A DNA stretch of 57,321 nucleotides, counting the filler, from Sluysia triapertura (taxonomy: Eukaryota), in assembly GCA_046118255.1 (NCBI GenBank). It is 4 parts of 4 records of this genome, joined end to end, with 100 filler letters (N's around TTAATTAATTAA, not from the genome) between each part and the next. Parts side by side here need not be neighbours in the genome. Positions count along the whole stretch, not along the records: positions 1 to 12,058 come from JBJNIA010143389.1; 3 more parts are not named here. One strand, 5' to 3'. This document shows positions 1-12,158 of the stretch, in pieces. A program made the translations under genes and the position numbers. How positions within the stretch are numbered: the stretch's first letter is position 1; every line of letters begins with the position of its first letter. The notes under the pieces are model-generated. The model was not told where the DNA came from, did not search any database, and was given only the letters and a program-made list of their open reading frames with translations.

Positions 1-60
1 TTATTACCACTACCATTACTACTATCACTACTGCTACCAGCATCACCATTACTTCGATAC
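1..60 (-). CDS. Possible exon fragment, Ser/Gly/Asn-rich (YRSNGDAGSSSDSSNGSGN), running off the window edge
   Basis: On the minus strand a T-rich tract and ttcag acceptor lie at 61-65, followed by an open low-complexity frame. Confidence 0.3.
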
Positions 61-1897
61 CTGAATTTATGAAAAATAATAATAAAAATGAATAATAATA
101 AAAAATTTGGTTCAAAAAAATCAATAAGTTAAATGATAATCTTGCTTAAATGTATATTATCCTTGTTATTCCTTCATTTCTCATTCATATCAAAGTATTT
201 CGAAGATGGATACTATGTATTCGAAAAGGGAGATCCCAATGTTACATTAAAAGGTATTATGGTGAACACTAACGTAATTGATGGAGTAAGATGGTTATCG
301 GTGAAGTCAGCAATTAAAGACTATATATACGAGACGGGTATTTATGCCACAATTTTGGAATTGGTAATACTAAAATATTATTGATGAAACAACCATTCTC
401 CCTAATTCATGAACTATTAAGTAGGATTATATTTGTTTTTGTGATACTGTTTATGTATTTTAATAAAGTTAAATTATTAAATTTTATTGAATTGTTCATT
501 TTAAAATTGTTTGCCGTTGTAAAAGGCATTAAGCCTAGTTATTTTCTTTGCATGTTTAAATTTAAAATCTCAACCTTCTTAAATAGTTCGAAGTTAAAAT
601 TCTATTTGAAAGTTAAAATAATTTCAATTAAATTAATGTCCTCCAAATTAAACAGTGATGATCTAGGAATTGTAATTTGAAATAGTCAAAAATCACGTAT
701 CACTGACATAGAAGCACATCATCCACCAAAATCTAACTTTGTACAAACGTTTATTATTTAGGCTGTTTTCCTAGTACAAATGGCATTTATAATATTCAGT
801 TTACATGCAGCTAATTTCAAAATTTCTCAATTTACAATTTTTTTGTCAGGGTTGATGTCTGTGAGGTATTACGTACGTTTATGTTTTATATTTTGGTTTT
901 GGTTTTTCTTTTGTTGAATAAAATGCCCAGTAAATGTCACAAGCGGCACTATAGCACAATATTGATGCTAAAATATCCAATACCAATATATGTGACATTC
1001 GATGATGTTTTACCTAAAAATATACGGCATAAAAATCTTATAAAATTAAAACACATAACAGTAATAATGATTATTACAGTCATTATAATAAAATAATAGT
1101 AATATTATTATTATTATATCATTAATAAGGATAACAATAATATTAATGATAGTAATAATAGTAATAATAAAACAATAATATTGATAATATTATAATATAT
1201 TACATTAATGATAATACTAGTATATTTTGTGATTTTAATAAAGATTATTTTGTTAAACGACAAAAGTATCCACCGAGGTTCCAAACTCGTCGAATTAGTA
1301 TTGATTAAAAAAATTTCATAAAATGGCCAACATAATAACGCAATATAGCGATTGAAAAAATTATGCATTTACATCAGGATTTAGTGATTACATACCAGTT
1401 TATGGAATGACTAAAATATCTAACGTGAAAATTTTATCTCAATCATACAGTTATAATTTAATTGCCACATTTTATTTGTATTTTTATATTCCTATTGTGT
1501 ATTAATCACATTGAGTTATGATGAAACTTCATAGAAAGTAATATCTTAACTATAATAAGATATTTAAACATTGGACATTTGAAAAATTTCTAACCAATAA
1601 AAAGCTCTATATCACTATTACTAAAAATTAAAAATTTTGTGTTAGGTTATTTTGATTCCTATAAGACAAATTACGTGAATAATTACATTTATAAACGCAT
1701 AATAAAACTTCAATAAGAAAATTATATTATAATATTATATATTATAATATATTATAATATAATATAATATTATATTATAAACGAAAGATATCCAATCGAG
1801 ATGGATACTTTGTTTGATTCAAACGTAAATATGGATAGCAGATAAAATATTAAATCATATTTTGTTAAAGTCGAGAAGGTAGTCACTACAAAATTAA

Positions 1898-2120
1898 CCA
1901 CTGGACAGTTTTATCCAAACTGCATTCAGCGTGAACACTCAGCACGCGCTCTCGAATACTGACGATCCCGAATCTCGCTCGAGCAAGTTTTGTTTTCAAA
2001 ATACATCATACTAAAACTATTTATTGAGTAAATTTATTGTAATTAATTAATTGTATTAATAAATGTAGTCAAATAAAAATAAAGTGACAATAATTTTACT
2101 CATTTTCTCAAAAAAATACG
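1898..2120 (+). mobile_element. Truncated piggyBac-type MITE, same family as 18489-18638
   Basis: Starts TTAA|CCACTGGACAGTTTT. It shares the internal ACTGACGATCCCG..TCTCG block and the TTTTCTCAAAAAAA block with the 18489 copy. No right TIR seen. Confidence 0.6.
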
Positions 2121-2295
2121 ACTCTTAAGAAAACTCTAGGAATTCAGATATTTGCTTCCAAAGAATATTTGAAGGACGCCATCAATGTATTTTATATCAA
2201 CAACCTATAAAATTTTACCTAAAAGCGTTCTCTGAAACAGTAATCCTCTGGAAAAAAAGAAATTATTTCGAAAAATAATGTCTACGTAACTAATT
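2121..2295 (+). mobile_element. Degenerate mariner transposase C-terminus
   Basis: Frameshifted translation LKKTLGIQIFASKEYLKDAINVF / QQPIKFYLKAFSETVILWKK / NNVYV matches the pattern of mariner C-termini (F..P..FY..G...L..RW.K.I..NG.Y). Confidence 0.5.
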
Positions 2296-3409
2296 CTTTT
2301 AAATAAAATAATTTTTTTCTTCCTATGCGTTACATGGTATGATGTAACATCACACTTTGTTTATTCACGTATTACTTTGACAGTAGAAATTGGAAATGTT
2401 CTGGATGAAACACTTCAAATAGATATGGATAATAACTTAGCCTCAAGTACACAACATTATATCAAGGAAACGTATTATTCCAAAAATTAAAAATGCATAT
2501 TATGTCAATAATGTATGGCAAAGTTATACTTTATTGAAAATAATGGGCGAAAACAAAGGTTATTCATATAGTTCCTTTTTTCTATAATATAAAGAATGAA
2601 ACGAAACACTTGGAACTTTTAGAACTAAAATATATTTAATAGAAAAGCACGTCTAAGAAAATATTAAGTTTTAAATTACAAATATCATTGCAAAAATGCT
2701 TTATATATCTTTATATATCTTTATAAATCTTTAAATATTTTTATCTTTTAATAAAGACTTAAATAAATAAATGGTTAAATGCTTAAAATTAATTTCGTTT
2801 TTGTAAATAAAACTTAATAATTTTTTAAACTACACAAAAGAATATATAAGTTTCAACTAACGTTTGTACTTATATTTTTATCTGCGTCATAATTACCAAT
2901 TAAAGACTTCAGCAGAATTGATTCATTAAACTTGCATGCATAATGTAGTGCAGTCTAAAAATCGATATATGTAAATAAGTTAATCTCTCTTTGATAGAAT
3001 ATTATCATTATATGTTACAAACTATATCAGTTTTATTTCTATCATATTTGATATATTTTATATAAAATTCTGGAGTACTGATTCTTAATATAAAAATTTT
3101 TTTCTCATCATCCATAAATTTACATTAAAAGATTAGCCAAATTTGATGCTTTTTAACCACATTTGACTAATAAAATAAAAAATTACACATTCATTTTGTA
3201 TAAATACAAATCCAACATTTTAGCACTTCAAAATTTGTTTGTTTTAACTGAAAAATATGCTTAATATATATTCGTTTAAAACAAATTATTGCAATTCCAG
3301 AAGTATTCATTTATACTTATTCCAGCTACTTTCTTTTCATCTATGTATGTCTTGTTTCTGTTTTTCACTCAAATTCCAGAAAAAAATTGAAGTAAATCAA
3401 TATGTTTAA

Positions 3410-3639
3410 CCTATTAAAGACCAGGGTTTTGTTCAAATTTTAAAAATCGTGACATTCATTTAGTTATCTTGATATATCACCTAACATACGAGCTCATATC
3501 TTATAAAAACATTTTTTGTGTACGCAACACATACCAATGCAATGATTGTGCTAGGAAATTTCATTATTAAAAATATATTGCAATAAATAAAAAATATAAA
3601 CTGTAAAGTCGTTATTTGACAACCATGGTTGGTAATGGG
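3410..3639. mobile_element. piggyBac-type MITE (~230 bp)
   Basis: TTAA on both sides (3406-3409, 3640-3643). Imperfect TIR: CCTATTAAAGACCAGGGTT versus reverse complement of the right end CCCATTACCAACCATGGTT. Confidence 0.6.
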
Positions 3640-3885
3640 TTAATGCATAATGATACTCTGCGATACTTACGTAATACTGAGAATGATTTTTCATTTAACT
3701 AGAACGTAAATCAAATATTTTTAATACTTTATTTTTTCACTGTATGTATTTTACATCAAATATTTTGTAAATTATTTTATTTTTAAATATTAATTTTGTC
3801 AATAAAATAATTAATTAATTAATTTGAAAAATAACATTATATAGATGATGCTAAACATTAAATATTATATATATCCTTTAACCAA

Positions 3886-4141
3886 TTAAGCATCAACAAA
3901 ATCTTTAATTCCAACTAAAACATAGTTTGTTAACCCCATATTGTAGCTATTTGTAACTGAATAATGAATCACAGCTGGTTCCGATAAAGTACTAATACGT
4001 GACATTTCAATCTTGTCACTAACATCATCGTGTCCAGATACTGATTTATAAAATGGGTTCGATTCAGTACCAAATTCACAAAATAATACTGAAATACCTG
4101 CAGGTCGCCATGGATATTTACTCTTAGATTTAGACTTATTT
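3886..4141 (-). CDS. Terminal coding exon of an unidentified gene (NKSKSKSKYPWRPAGISVLFCEFGTESNPFYKSVSGHDDVSDKIEMSRISTLSEPAVIHYSVTNSYNMGLTNYVLVGIKDFVDA*)
   Basis: acag acceptor at 4142-4145, phase-2 start, 85 codons ending at TAA 3886-3888, raised GC. The frame differs from the ORF-track call 3969..4163. Confidence 0.6.
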
Positions 4142-4366
4142 CTGTTTTATATAAATTAATCAAAACGTTTTTTAATAATTCATTGAAGCGAAAACTTAAT
4201 CAAACACCAAAATAAATATCAAAAATTATATTATGTGTATATTATTAAATTACTTAAAATTATTTTTACAAAATAAATGGATACACAAATTCAATAATTG
4301 CACATTTTTTATATTAAATGTTTTCAAATTAAAAAAGGTCAATAATTTTACTAAGTTCGTGCAGTT

Positions 4367-4820
4367 TTATTTGTTGCAAAGAAAACACACCAACTTCTTG
4401 TTTTAACTAATTTGAGTTATATTCATTCATCTGAATTATCTATTTAAATCATTTTAGACTAAGTTTCATTTTCATTACCCTCATTAAAATGGAGTGTCAG
4501 GAAGATAAAAATGAACATTTCCGGCATTTTATTTTCTTTGAGAAGGTGAGGTACCCATGATCCAAGCTTTTGAACTTTTCCCATATTCTTGAGATGACGA
4601 GAAATAGTGGTGTGATCACAATCTATGGCTTGTCCAAGCGCTCGTGTCGACTGACGCTGATCATCATGAATCAATTGGTTTAAACAGTCTTCATCAAAGT
4701 CACAAGGTCGGCCTGACCGAGGTGCATCGTTTAAACCAAAATTTCCATTGTTAAATTTCTAAAACCACTTTTATGTTGTTCGTTCACTGACTGCCTTTTC
4801 TCCATAAACGTGCAAGAATG
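4367..4820. mobile_element. Mariner element remnant with internal inversion
   Basis: Plus strand ATG at 4489 reads MECQEDKNEHFRHFIFF (mariner N-terminus). Minus strand 4820-4541 reads VYGEKAVSERTT*KWF*KFNNGNFGLNDAPRSGRP...ISRHLKNMGKVQKLGSWVPHLL, i.e. the HTH region, GRP linker and WVPHEL-type motif. Confidence 0.85.
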
Positions 4821-4992
4821 TGCTTGAATAAAAAACTTAGAAAGGTGAGTCCACCAATGCATTGGTCTTACAGACTTAACGGCCAACCGTTGGATTTGTT
4901 TTCAATGGTTAAAAACTTTAGTTAGGCTACAAGGAGGTCTTGGACTTTTTAACAAGATTTAAATAATTTAAAAATTTTTAATCAACTCGAAG

Positions 4993-5100
4993 ATTTTAAT
5001 TAGATTCTAAGAAACGAACCTTTCAAATTGATTTTAATAAGGTTCTGAAAAAGAACCTGTAAACTTATAAGATATTTTAATACGGTTCTTACGTTGAACC
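4993..5100. repeat. Three spaced palindromes ATTTTAAT-NN-GGTTC-N7-GAACC
   Basis: GATTC-N8-GAACC at 5003-5020, GGTTC-N7-GAACC at 5041-5057 and 5084-5100. Confidence 0.7.
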
Positions 5101-6619
5101 GGTAATCTATAAAATTTATTACAAATTCAAAATAAAGGTTTATACAAAATTTTATTACACAAGTATACAATGTATATTAGAGTTATAAGCAAAATCGAAT
5201 AATAAAAGTAATAAATATATAATGGAAATAATTTAGAATTGATTATTATAAATATAATCAAAAATAATGATTTTAGTTGATATCATGAAACGATAGCTGC
5301 ACAATGCTTTATAATATTTTAAGTCAAGTTTAATAATGTAATATGAAATATTACTAAAAACCTATGAGAAATAAACTAACGATGAAAATCTGTTATCACG
5401 AAAAAATCTTTCAAAGGTCGATGGTAAAAAATCTTTCAAAGGATTGAATGTCGATGGTAATCGAAGTCGTAGTAGCGTCAAAGAATTGTGAATTTTTTTG
5501 AAAATTTGATAAGATTTGGCGTCCGAATATAAATTTAAAGATGTTTATTTTTTTGTGACTTTGTTTGCAAAATTTTAAGTTATTTATATAGGTCCAGTGA
5601 CCTTGGAAGGTGATTGAAACAAAGTGAATAAATATTGAGATATTTAATTTTAATTGAAAAACTTAACATATTTTTAATGTTTTGAAAAACTTAACATTTT
5701 TTTAAATTTTATTATAATAATATATAATATTTAATCAAAATGATAACGACTTACCTATCATTATATATCCGGTTAATTTATTTTTTCAAAATAATTTCAT
5801 CACATAATTTAAAACATAAAAAAATATAAAACTAATTTTATTGATTAATTATTGATTTAAAACATAAATTTGTGTGTTAAAACTAAATTTACATCAAACT
5901 AAAATTAGAAAACTAAATTTAAAACTAGATATATTTGAAAATTATACATTCCAATTTGTGTGTTAATAGATTTATGTATTTACATATATTTGAAAACTAT
6001 ACATTATTTACACTAATACAATTTACATTATTTACAGTTAATAAGGTCTTAGATGTTCTCACTATTAACAAGCTCAAAGGTACTCTAATGCCTTCAAAGG
6101 TTTTCCAAAACCTTTTCAAGTTTCCACAAGGTCACGACACATAATGTATTCTTCATGTAATGTATTTTTCAGCTGTTAACGTTATTATAGATGTTTTTAC
6201 TTTTATGATTCTTATTCCGATAATGTTTATAATGTTCGATTCATCACTTTGTATCAGCTATTCCTTTTTTTATGATTTTATATATTTTCATCCGTCTTCG
6301 GATCCACAGTTTGGCAATCCCAACAAAAGGAAAATTCCTTACTTCTTTTACAAAGTAGGGACGACAATAAATAAATAAAAATAAAAATGATTGGCGCATA
6401 TGTGATGAAAACAGCATATAAACAATTAAAGTTCAAACATTCCAGAAATAAAGGTAAGATCATAATAGCGATGGAACTCTCGAACGTCAAGATAACCATC
6501 TTCGAGTTCCAAAATAATAGAATAAAATCATAAATATTATATATGTTTAACAATTATAATCAATACACACATATAGTTGTAATCAATAATCAGTATCAGT
6601 ACAATTTCATATTACAATT

Positions 6620-7500
6620 TCACACACGTATTTCACGAGCAGCTTCATCACTAATATGTTGTTCCCTCCAGGGTGAGGTATCAACAGCATGATGAGTATT
6701 ATTATCTTCCTCATCAGAATCATTATCTTCATCTTCATCGTCTTTTTCGTCATTGTTATGTTCTTCATAAACTGGATCTTCATATTTACCATCACCTTCT
6801 TCTTCATCATCTTCGTGATCATCATCACCTTCTAATTCATTTCCATCAACATCTTCTTTACTAGCAGCTGCATCTCTAATACCGCAAATACGTTTTTCCC
6901 TCTGAGTGGGGTTTCAACATCATGATCATTATCATCATATTCTTCATCAGAATCATTAACTGCATCTTTATATTCATCATCATCTCCATCTGCATATTCA
7001 GCATCACCAGTATGTTGTTCCGTCCAGGTGAGCTTTAGTATTAGGATCGGTATTAGCATAAATATCATCATCGTCGTCTATATCATCATCAGTTTCTATA
7101 TCTCCATCTACAGCAGGGGCAACATCTTCTTTGGGATCACTAGAAACAGCATCTGTAGCATCTTCAGAATAATTATCATCATCATGTTCCTCTTGGTTTG
7201 GATCTTCATCAACATCTTGATCATTACCTTATTCGTATTCATCTTCTGGTTTTTTAACTGTGACTTCATTATCTTTTTCTTTTCTATCATTTTCCTGGTT
7301 TTCATCATTATCTTCCAACATTATAGTCTTTTCATCATTGCTTCACGAGGACTAAACACAAAAATGAATCTTGTACCTAGTACAAGTGAGAGGCAACTCG
7401 CATAATTTTCCTTTAAAATGTCATTTCTGCAGGCACCATCATTCCATACTGACCTGGAAGGCCACTCGGGATGATCATGGTGGAGGTACCTCAACCAACG
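6620..7500 (-). pseudogene. Disrupted Asp/Glu-rich ORF with three imperfect internal repeats, probably carried by a repeat element
   Basis: Long runs of GAT/GAA codons on the minus strand broken by frameshifts and stops. A recurring unit (..SPWREQHISDEAA-like) occurs at about 6640-6677, 6864-6911 and 6999-7032. Confidence 0.55.
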
Positions 7501-7910
7501 ATCTGAAAATATTCGCCACATAGGTATTATGCACCTCTTTGGGATTGTCCAGTTAGTGTACAGAAAATTGATTAAAAGGTAAGAGAATTTAAAATATATA
7601 AGAAAAAGTGATATAAAATATCTGAAATATAATAACATAAACATAATTAAATATTCCTAGAGTAAGAATAATCATGCTTATAATCATGTTGAAACCGAAG
7701 ACCTTTGTAGGGTATTGAGACCTTTATGAAGACTTTAGAGACCTTAATGAATCTTTGAGACCTTTGAGTAACTTGGTAAAAATGTTTGGAACCTTTAAAA
7801 TGTTCAAGAATTAAAATCATGGTTAATAATATTAAAGATGAACTTGATACATTAATAATTGAAATAAAAAAGTAAAAAAAGGAATCAGAGTGGTGAAGGT
7901 GAAAACATCT

Positions 7911-8461
7911 AGGGCAGGTTGTTCAAGTCGTATCACATGCATTTTCCACAGACAACAGCATATATATCGGCAATTAAATATACATCTGGGTGAGCTAAGT
8001 TGTGTGACATATTACTATTTACCGTAAGCAAACCACGTTGTAAATTTTCTCATCAAGTAAGTTTACTTCAATTTTCATATAATTTTCTGGATATGTTTCG
8101 TAGTTAATCTTGCAAGTAAATTATTGATAAAATTATGTTTCATATTAAACATAAGTTCAGTAGAATTTACTTAATCATTCGGTCGAAAGGAAATCCTATT
8201 AAATTTATTCAATATTAAATTATTTTAGTTTGAAATAGGTGATACGACTTAAGAAACAAGTTGACTTAGTTGTAACGAAGTAAGTTTTTAAAGAATTAGT
8301 TTCATTACGTGAAAGCCTAAAGATTTTTCTAATTTAGTTATAATACAAAATACCAATATTAACAAAGTGTTGATTAACACATTTAATTTCTATTTATTTG
8401 ATAAATCCTAAGTTTTATATAGTTCTTTTCTTAAGGAGTACGACTTGAGTAACCTTACTCT
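7911..8461. mobile_element. Putative non-autonomous TIR element (~550 bp)
   Basis: Left end AGGGCAGGTTGTTCAAGTCGTA versus reverse complement of the right end AGAGTAAGGTTACTCAAGTCGTA. A partial internal copy (GATACGACTTAAG) lies near 8241. Confidence 0.45.
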
Positions 8462-11437
8462 AATATATTTTGATAAATTTTAATAAAAGTGGATATATTA
8501 TCGTAACAAAGAAAGTGAAGAAAAATGTCGAAATTAGTCACATTATAATTATTAAAAATTATGCAAATTTCAAAGGTAAATTCATTTTATTTCATTATTA
8601 CGGTCGCTTATTATAAAGTTCATAATCAGTGGTCATTGAATGTTTTAACAAAGTTTCAAAAGGATATCCAAATTTTATAAGCTCTAGAAGAATTGAATGT
8701 GGTTTAAAAATTTTAATAGGAAAACATATATATCTGGAAGACCTTCATAATTGGAAAAAGGTACTTGTTGAAACACCTATGCAGACATTTTAAAACATTT
8801 CAAGCTAATTTGGTAGCAGAGAAGAAGTTTATCAGACTCAATTATTAAAACTTTATATTTAACATTTATCGGCTAAAATGTTACGGAATATGAAAAATAA
8901 GTACTATTTGGTAATAAGAGTTTCATAAGCATGCATTTCTGTAGATCATTTAGAAGGATTTATTGTACGTTTCGTAGGATTATTTAAAATGAGTGAAACA
9001 ATATTATCTATTATCTATATATCCATCAGAATTGAGTATTTTTCAGTTAAACTTACTTTTCAATTTAATAGTGAAAAATTCTTTCAAAGTTAAAAGAAAT
9101 ATTCACAAAATTAATGTGTGTATGTAAAAAATAAAAGCTATTCAATTATGGATGAACTAAGAAGTTTGAAATTGATAGAATTTCGACTTTTAATGAGAAA
9201 TCGAAATTGAGGATCAATAAAAAGAAATTCGTTGAATGGTGATAAAAAATTTCGATATGATTACAATTTATTTGAAAAACTGTTCAAAATTGACTTGAGT
9301 CAGGCAAAATGAATGTAATATGATGATCACGAATTGTCAAAATGTTTACTGATTTTTGAACATGCACTGTTCTTATAAATAATGAATTCTAAAATAATCT
9401 AATGTAATGAGTTTTGAAATACGCGGATGAAAATTATTATGCATTTTATTTAATCATGTAAAATTCGTTCAACAATAAATTTATTAACATCTATTGTTAT
9501 CTCAATTCCTTTAACTATTATTGTTTAAATAAACTCAGCAGTTTCAAGATGGCTCATACTTCTTTCCGTTTTAATTCAATGTATTCTTTATTATTTTTTA
9601 GTGGATATTCTGTACCTTGTCTTTCATTTTTGTGTATTTCTGCAGCCAAATAAGTAGAAGTAAACAGAGTATGTGGTAACATATTTGATCTTGACACTTT
9701 TGATATAATTGGATTTTAAATTGTGTAAGTACAATTTTTATTGATGTATTTTATGTAAGTAAATTTTATTGGACACCCTAGAATTGTTTATATTTTGAAT
9801 GAAATAAATATCCCAAATATGATTCTTATATGTAGTTAAATGCGTCATACATTCATATATTCTATTTTATATTTATTACAACCTATTGAATTACTAATAT
9901 AAAGTACAAGCAATTACGAATATTAAAAAATATTGAAACAACTTCATTGTCAGTGAAAAAAAATTCAAATGAAAATAATTTTTACACAACTGAAAGCAAA
10001 AAATGCAAAATTTAATAATCAGAAACTACATTTCTCTTCATATTTATAATTAAAGATATGTTTTCTCTAATGACTTTAGAAAAATTCTCAAATTTTTATT
10101 CAAAAATACAAAATTAATTTTAAAATCAATAATGGATATAAAATTAAAATTTTTTTATTAAAATTAATCGATGAAGAAGGAATATGAAAAGTGTCCTAAC
10201 TATACGAAATGATATTAAATCTTGACTTAAGTTACACATTTGATTAGATACTTATTTTGTTTTCATACAAAATAATAAACAAATAAACATGTTTATTAAA
10301 TAAATGTTTCAAATATACAGTTCTTAATTGTTAAATTTAAATTATTTTAATGAATATCAATTTCAACCTCAAAATAATATAAAATTACATTGAAGATAAA
10401 ATTTTATAATAATTTCGTTATTTATTTATAGTTCTTTATTGATTATAATATTTTATGAAATTCGAATCGTGTAAATAAAAATGTAGAAATAAGCAAACAT
10501 GATTTCGCTAATGAAGTTCACATCATAATGAAAATCAAGTTTTTTATTGAAATATTAAATTAAATTCGATTTTGACATTTACGAGACTGATTTATTAATT
10601 CTTAACTTTTATAAATAAATAAAATATTATTGTTGTTTATTCGATATTACTTTTAAATGAAACTGTTTCAATTTAGACATTTAATAAAATAATTAATAAA
10701 ATTAATCTCACTGAGTTTTTCGGCTAAAACTTAAAATTAAAAGCTAGTCATATAAATACAAAAAATTATCGAAAGACGTTAAGAAAATTAAATTATTTTA
10801 ATGATAAAATTAAATGTTTTTGTAATTTGAATTCTTTGACGAAAAAAGTTGTACAATTCATGAAATAAAAATATTTTTATTATTTTATCAATTTGGTATC
10901 TTCTTGCCCGACCGTGGTATGCATTTTAAAACATTAAAAACCTAAAAACTTTATTACTTATCATTATAAGAATTTATAAACGTATTTAACATTTAATTAT
11001 TATTAATTTTACTTTTAATTTTTCTTTTAAATTAATTAATTTAACCTAATTTAATTTAGAAGTGCCAATTTCGCTTTCTCTGAGTGAGTGATTGATTAAA
11101 AAAAACATTTATGGATTTAATTAAATATTAAATATTAAATATTATTTTAATTTTTAACACGAAACTCTAATGAGAAAAATCACTGAACATATCTTCATTC
11201 AATAGATCAAAGTTAACTCTATTTTATCTTGAATTTAACGAACTATTTGATTTACTGAATAATAATGTATTCTGAAATTTAGTTTTTTAAATAAACTTTT
11301 TAAAATTAAAATAAATTGGGAAAATAATTTTCTTTCACAATGTACTCACCGAATTCCTTTTTACTTATTGTGCACTTAAAAAGCAGAATAATATAAATTA
11401 TTATAAATTATAATTAGGCACTTTAATGATACTATAA

Positions 11438-11438
<1 letters not shown>

Positions 11439-11488
<50 letters not shown>
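11439..11488. repeat. (ATT)n microsatellite; others at about 17549-17597, 18026-18102, 29939-30005 and 57127-57163
   Basis: Perfect trinucleotide runs seen directly. Confidence 0.95.
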
Positions 11489-11491
<3 letters not shown>

Positions 11492-12058
11492 TGTAGATTT
11501 ATTTTAAATAAAAACAATACAAATACGATAATGATTACATTTTCGACGTAAATAAGCGGAAGTGAAATATATTGATAGGTTATTCTTATTATAACGTATT
11601 CTAATTATAATAACATTATTGTTTAATAATCACTTAAATAATTTAATTTTTAGATTTTGAATTACTTAAATATTTTATTATTCGAAATATTATTCGTAAT
11701 CATATATACTGAACAATTTTAAACAGCTCCTTAAAATTGAAATTTCTATGTTTTTAGGGTATTAGGTTCAATATTTTATTGGACGCACTCAAAATGTTTC
11801 ATATTTTTTATTTTATTTGGTGCTACCTCCAAAATTTTCTATTAAGTTTTTTCTTAAATTCAATATACTTCCTTCAAATACATTTTAGAATGCAATTAAC
11901 CTATGTAAGAGTAAAAAATCGATTTAAATTTATTATATTTTATTATTTTGTGCTTTTTGATATAGGAAAAATTATCATAATTTTATTTTTTGTGTAATTA
12001 TTCTCATTAATTACGAAAAAACTAAAAGATCACATTACAAATATTCAAAATTATCTCA

Positions 12059-12158
12059 NNNNNNNNNNNNNNNNNNNNNNNNNNNNNNNNNNNNNNNNNN
12101 NNTTAATTAATTAANNNNNNNNNNNNNNNNNNNNNNNNNNNNNNNNNNNNNNNNNNNN
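12059..12158. other. Artificial assembly spacer (N-run + TTAATTAATTAA + N-run)
   Basis: The same 100-bp structure occurs three times. The linker has stop codons in all six frames. Confidence 0.97.

Noticed and set aside
133-1096. Several plus-strand ORFs suggesting a gene cluster
   Set aside because: No recognisable motifs or splice structure. They may be decayed TE sequence but cannot be assigned.
4820-4900. Spliced-leader RNA gene (donor plus hairpins)
   Set aside because: No convincing Sm-binding site, and the leader is not conserved between the two loci. Kept only as a TE-leader hypothesis.
6673-7405. His-rich, Met-rich and Ile/Phe-rich ORFs
   Set aside because: These are alternative-frame and antisense shadows of the GAT/GAA-rich acidic ORF.
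8500-9400. Coding-like purine-rich stretch, possible decayed transposase
   Set aside because: No sustained open frame or diagnostic motif could be read.
12103-12114. TTAATTAATTAA palindrome centred in each gap
   Set aside because: It is an artificial six-frame-stop linker and not biological. Gene neighbourhoods across the gaps are unreliable.
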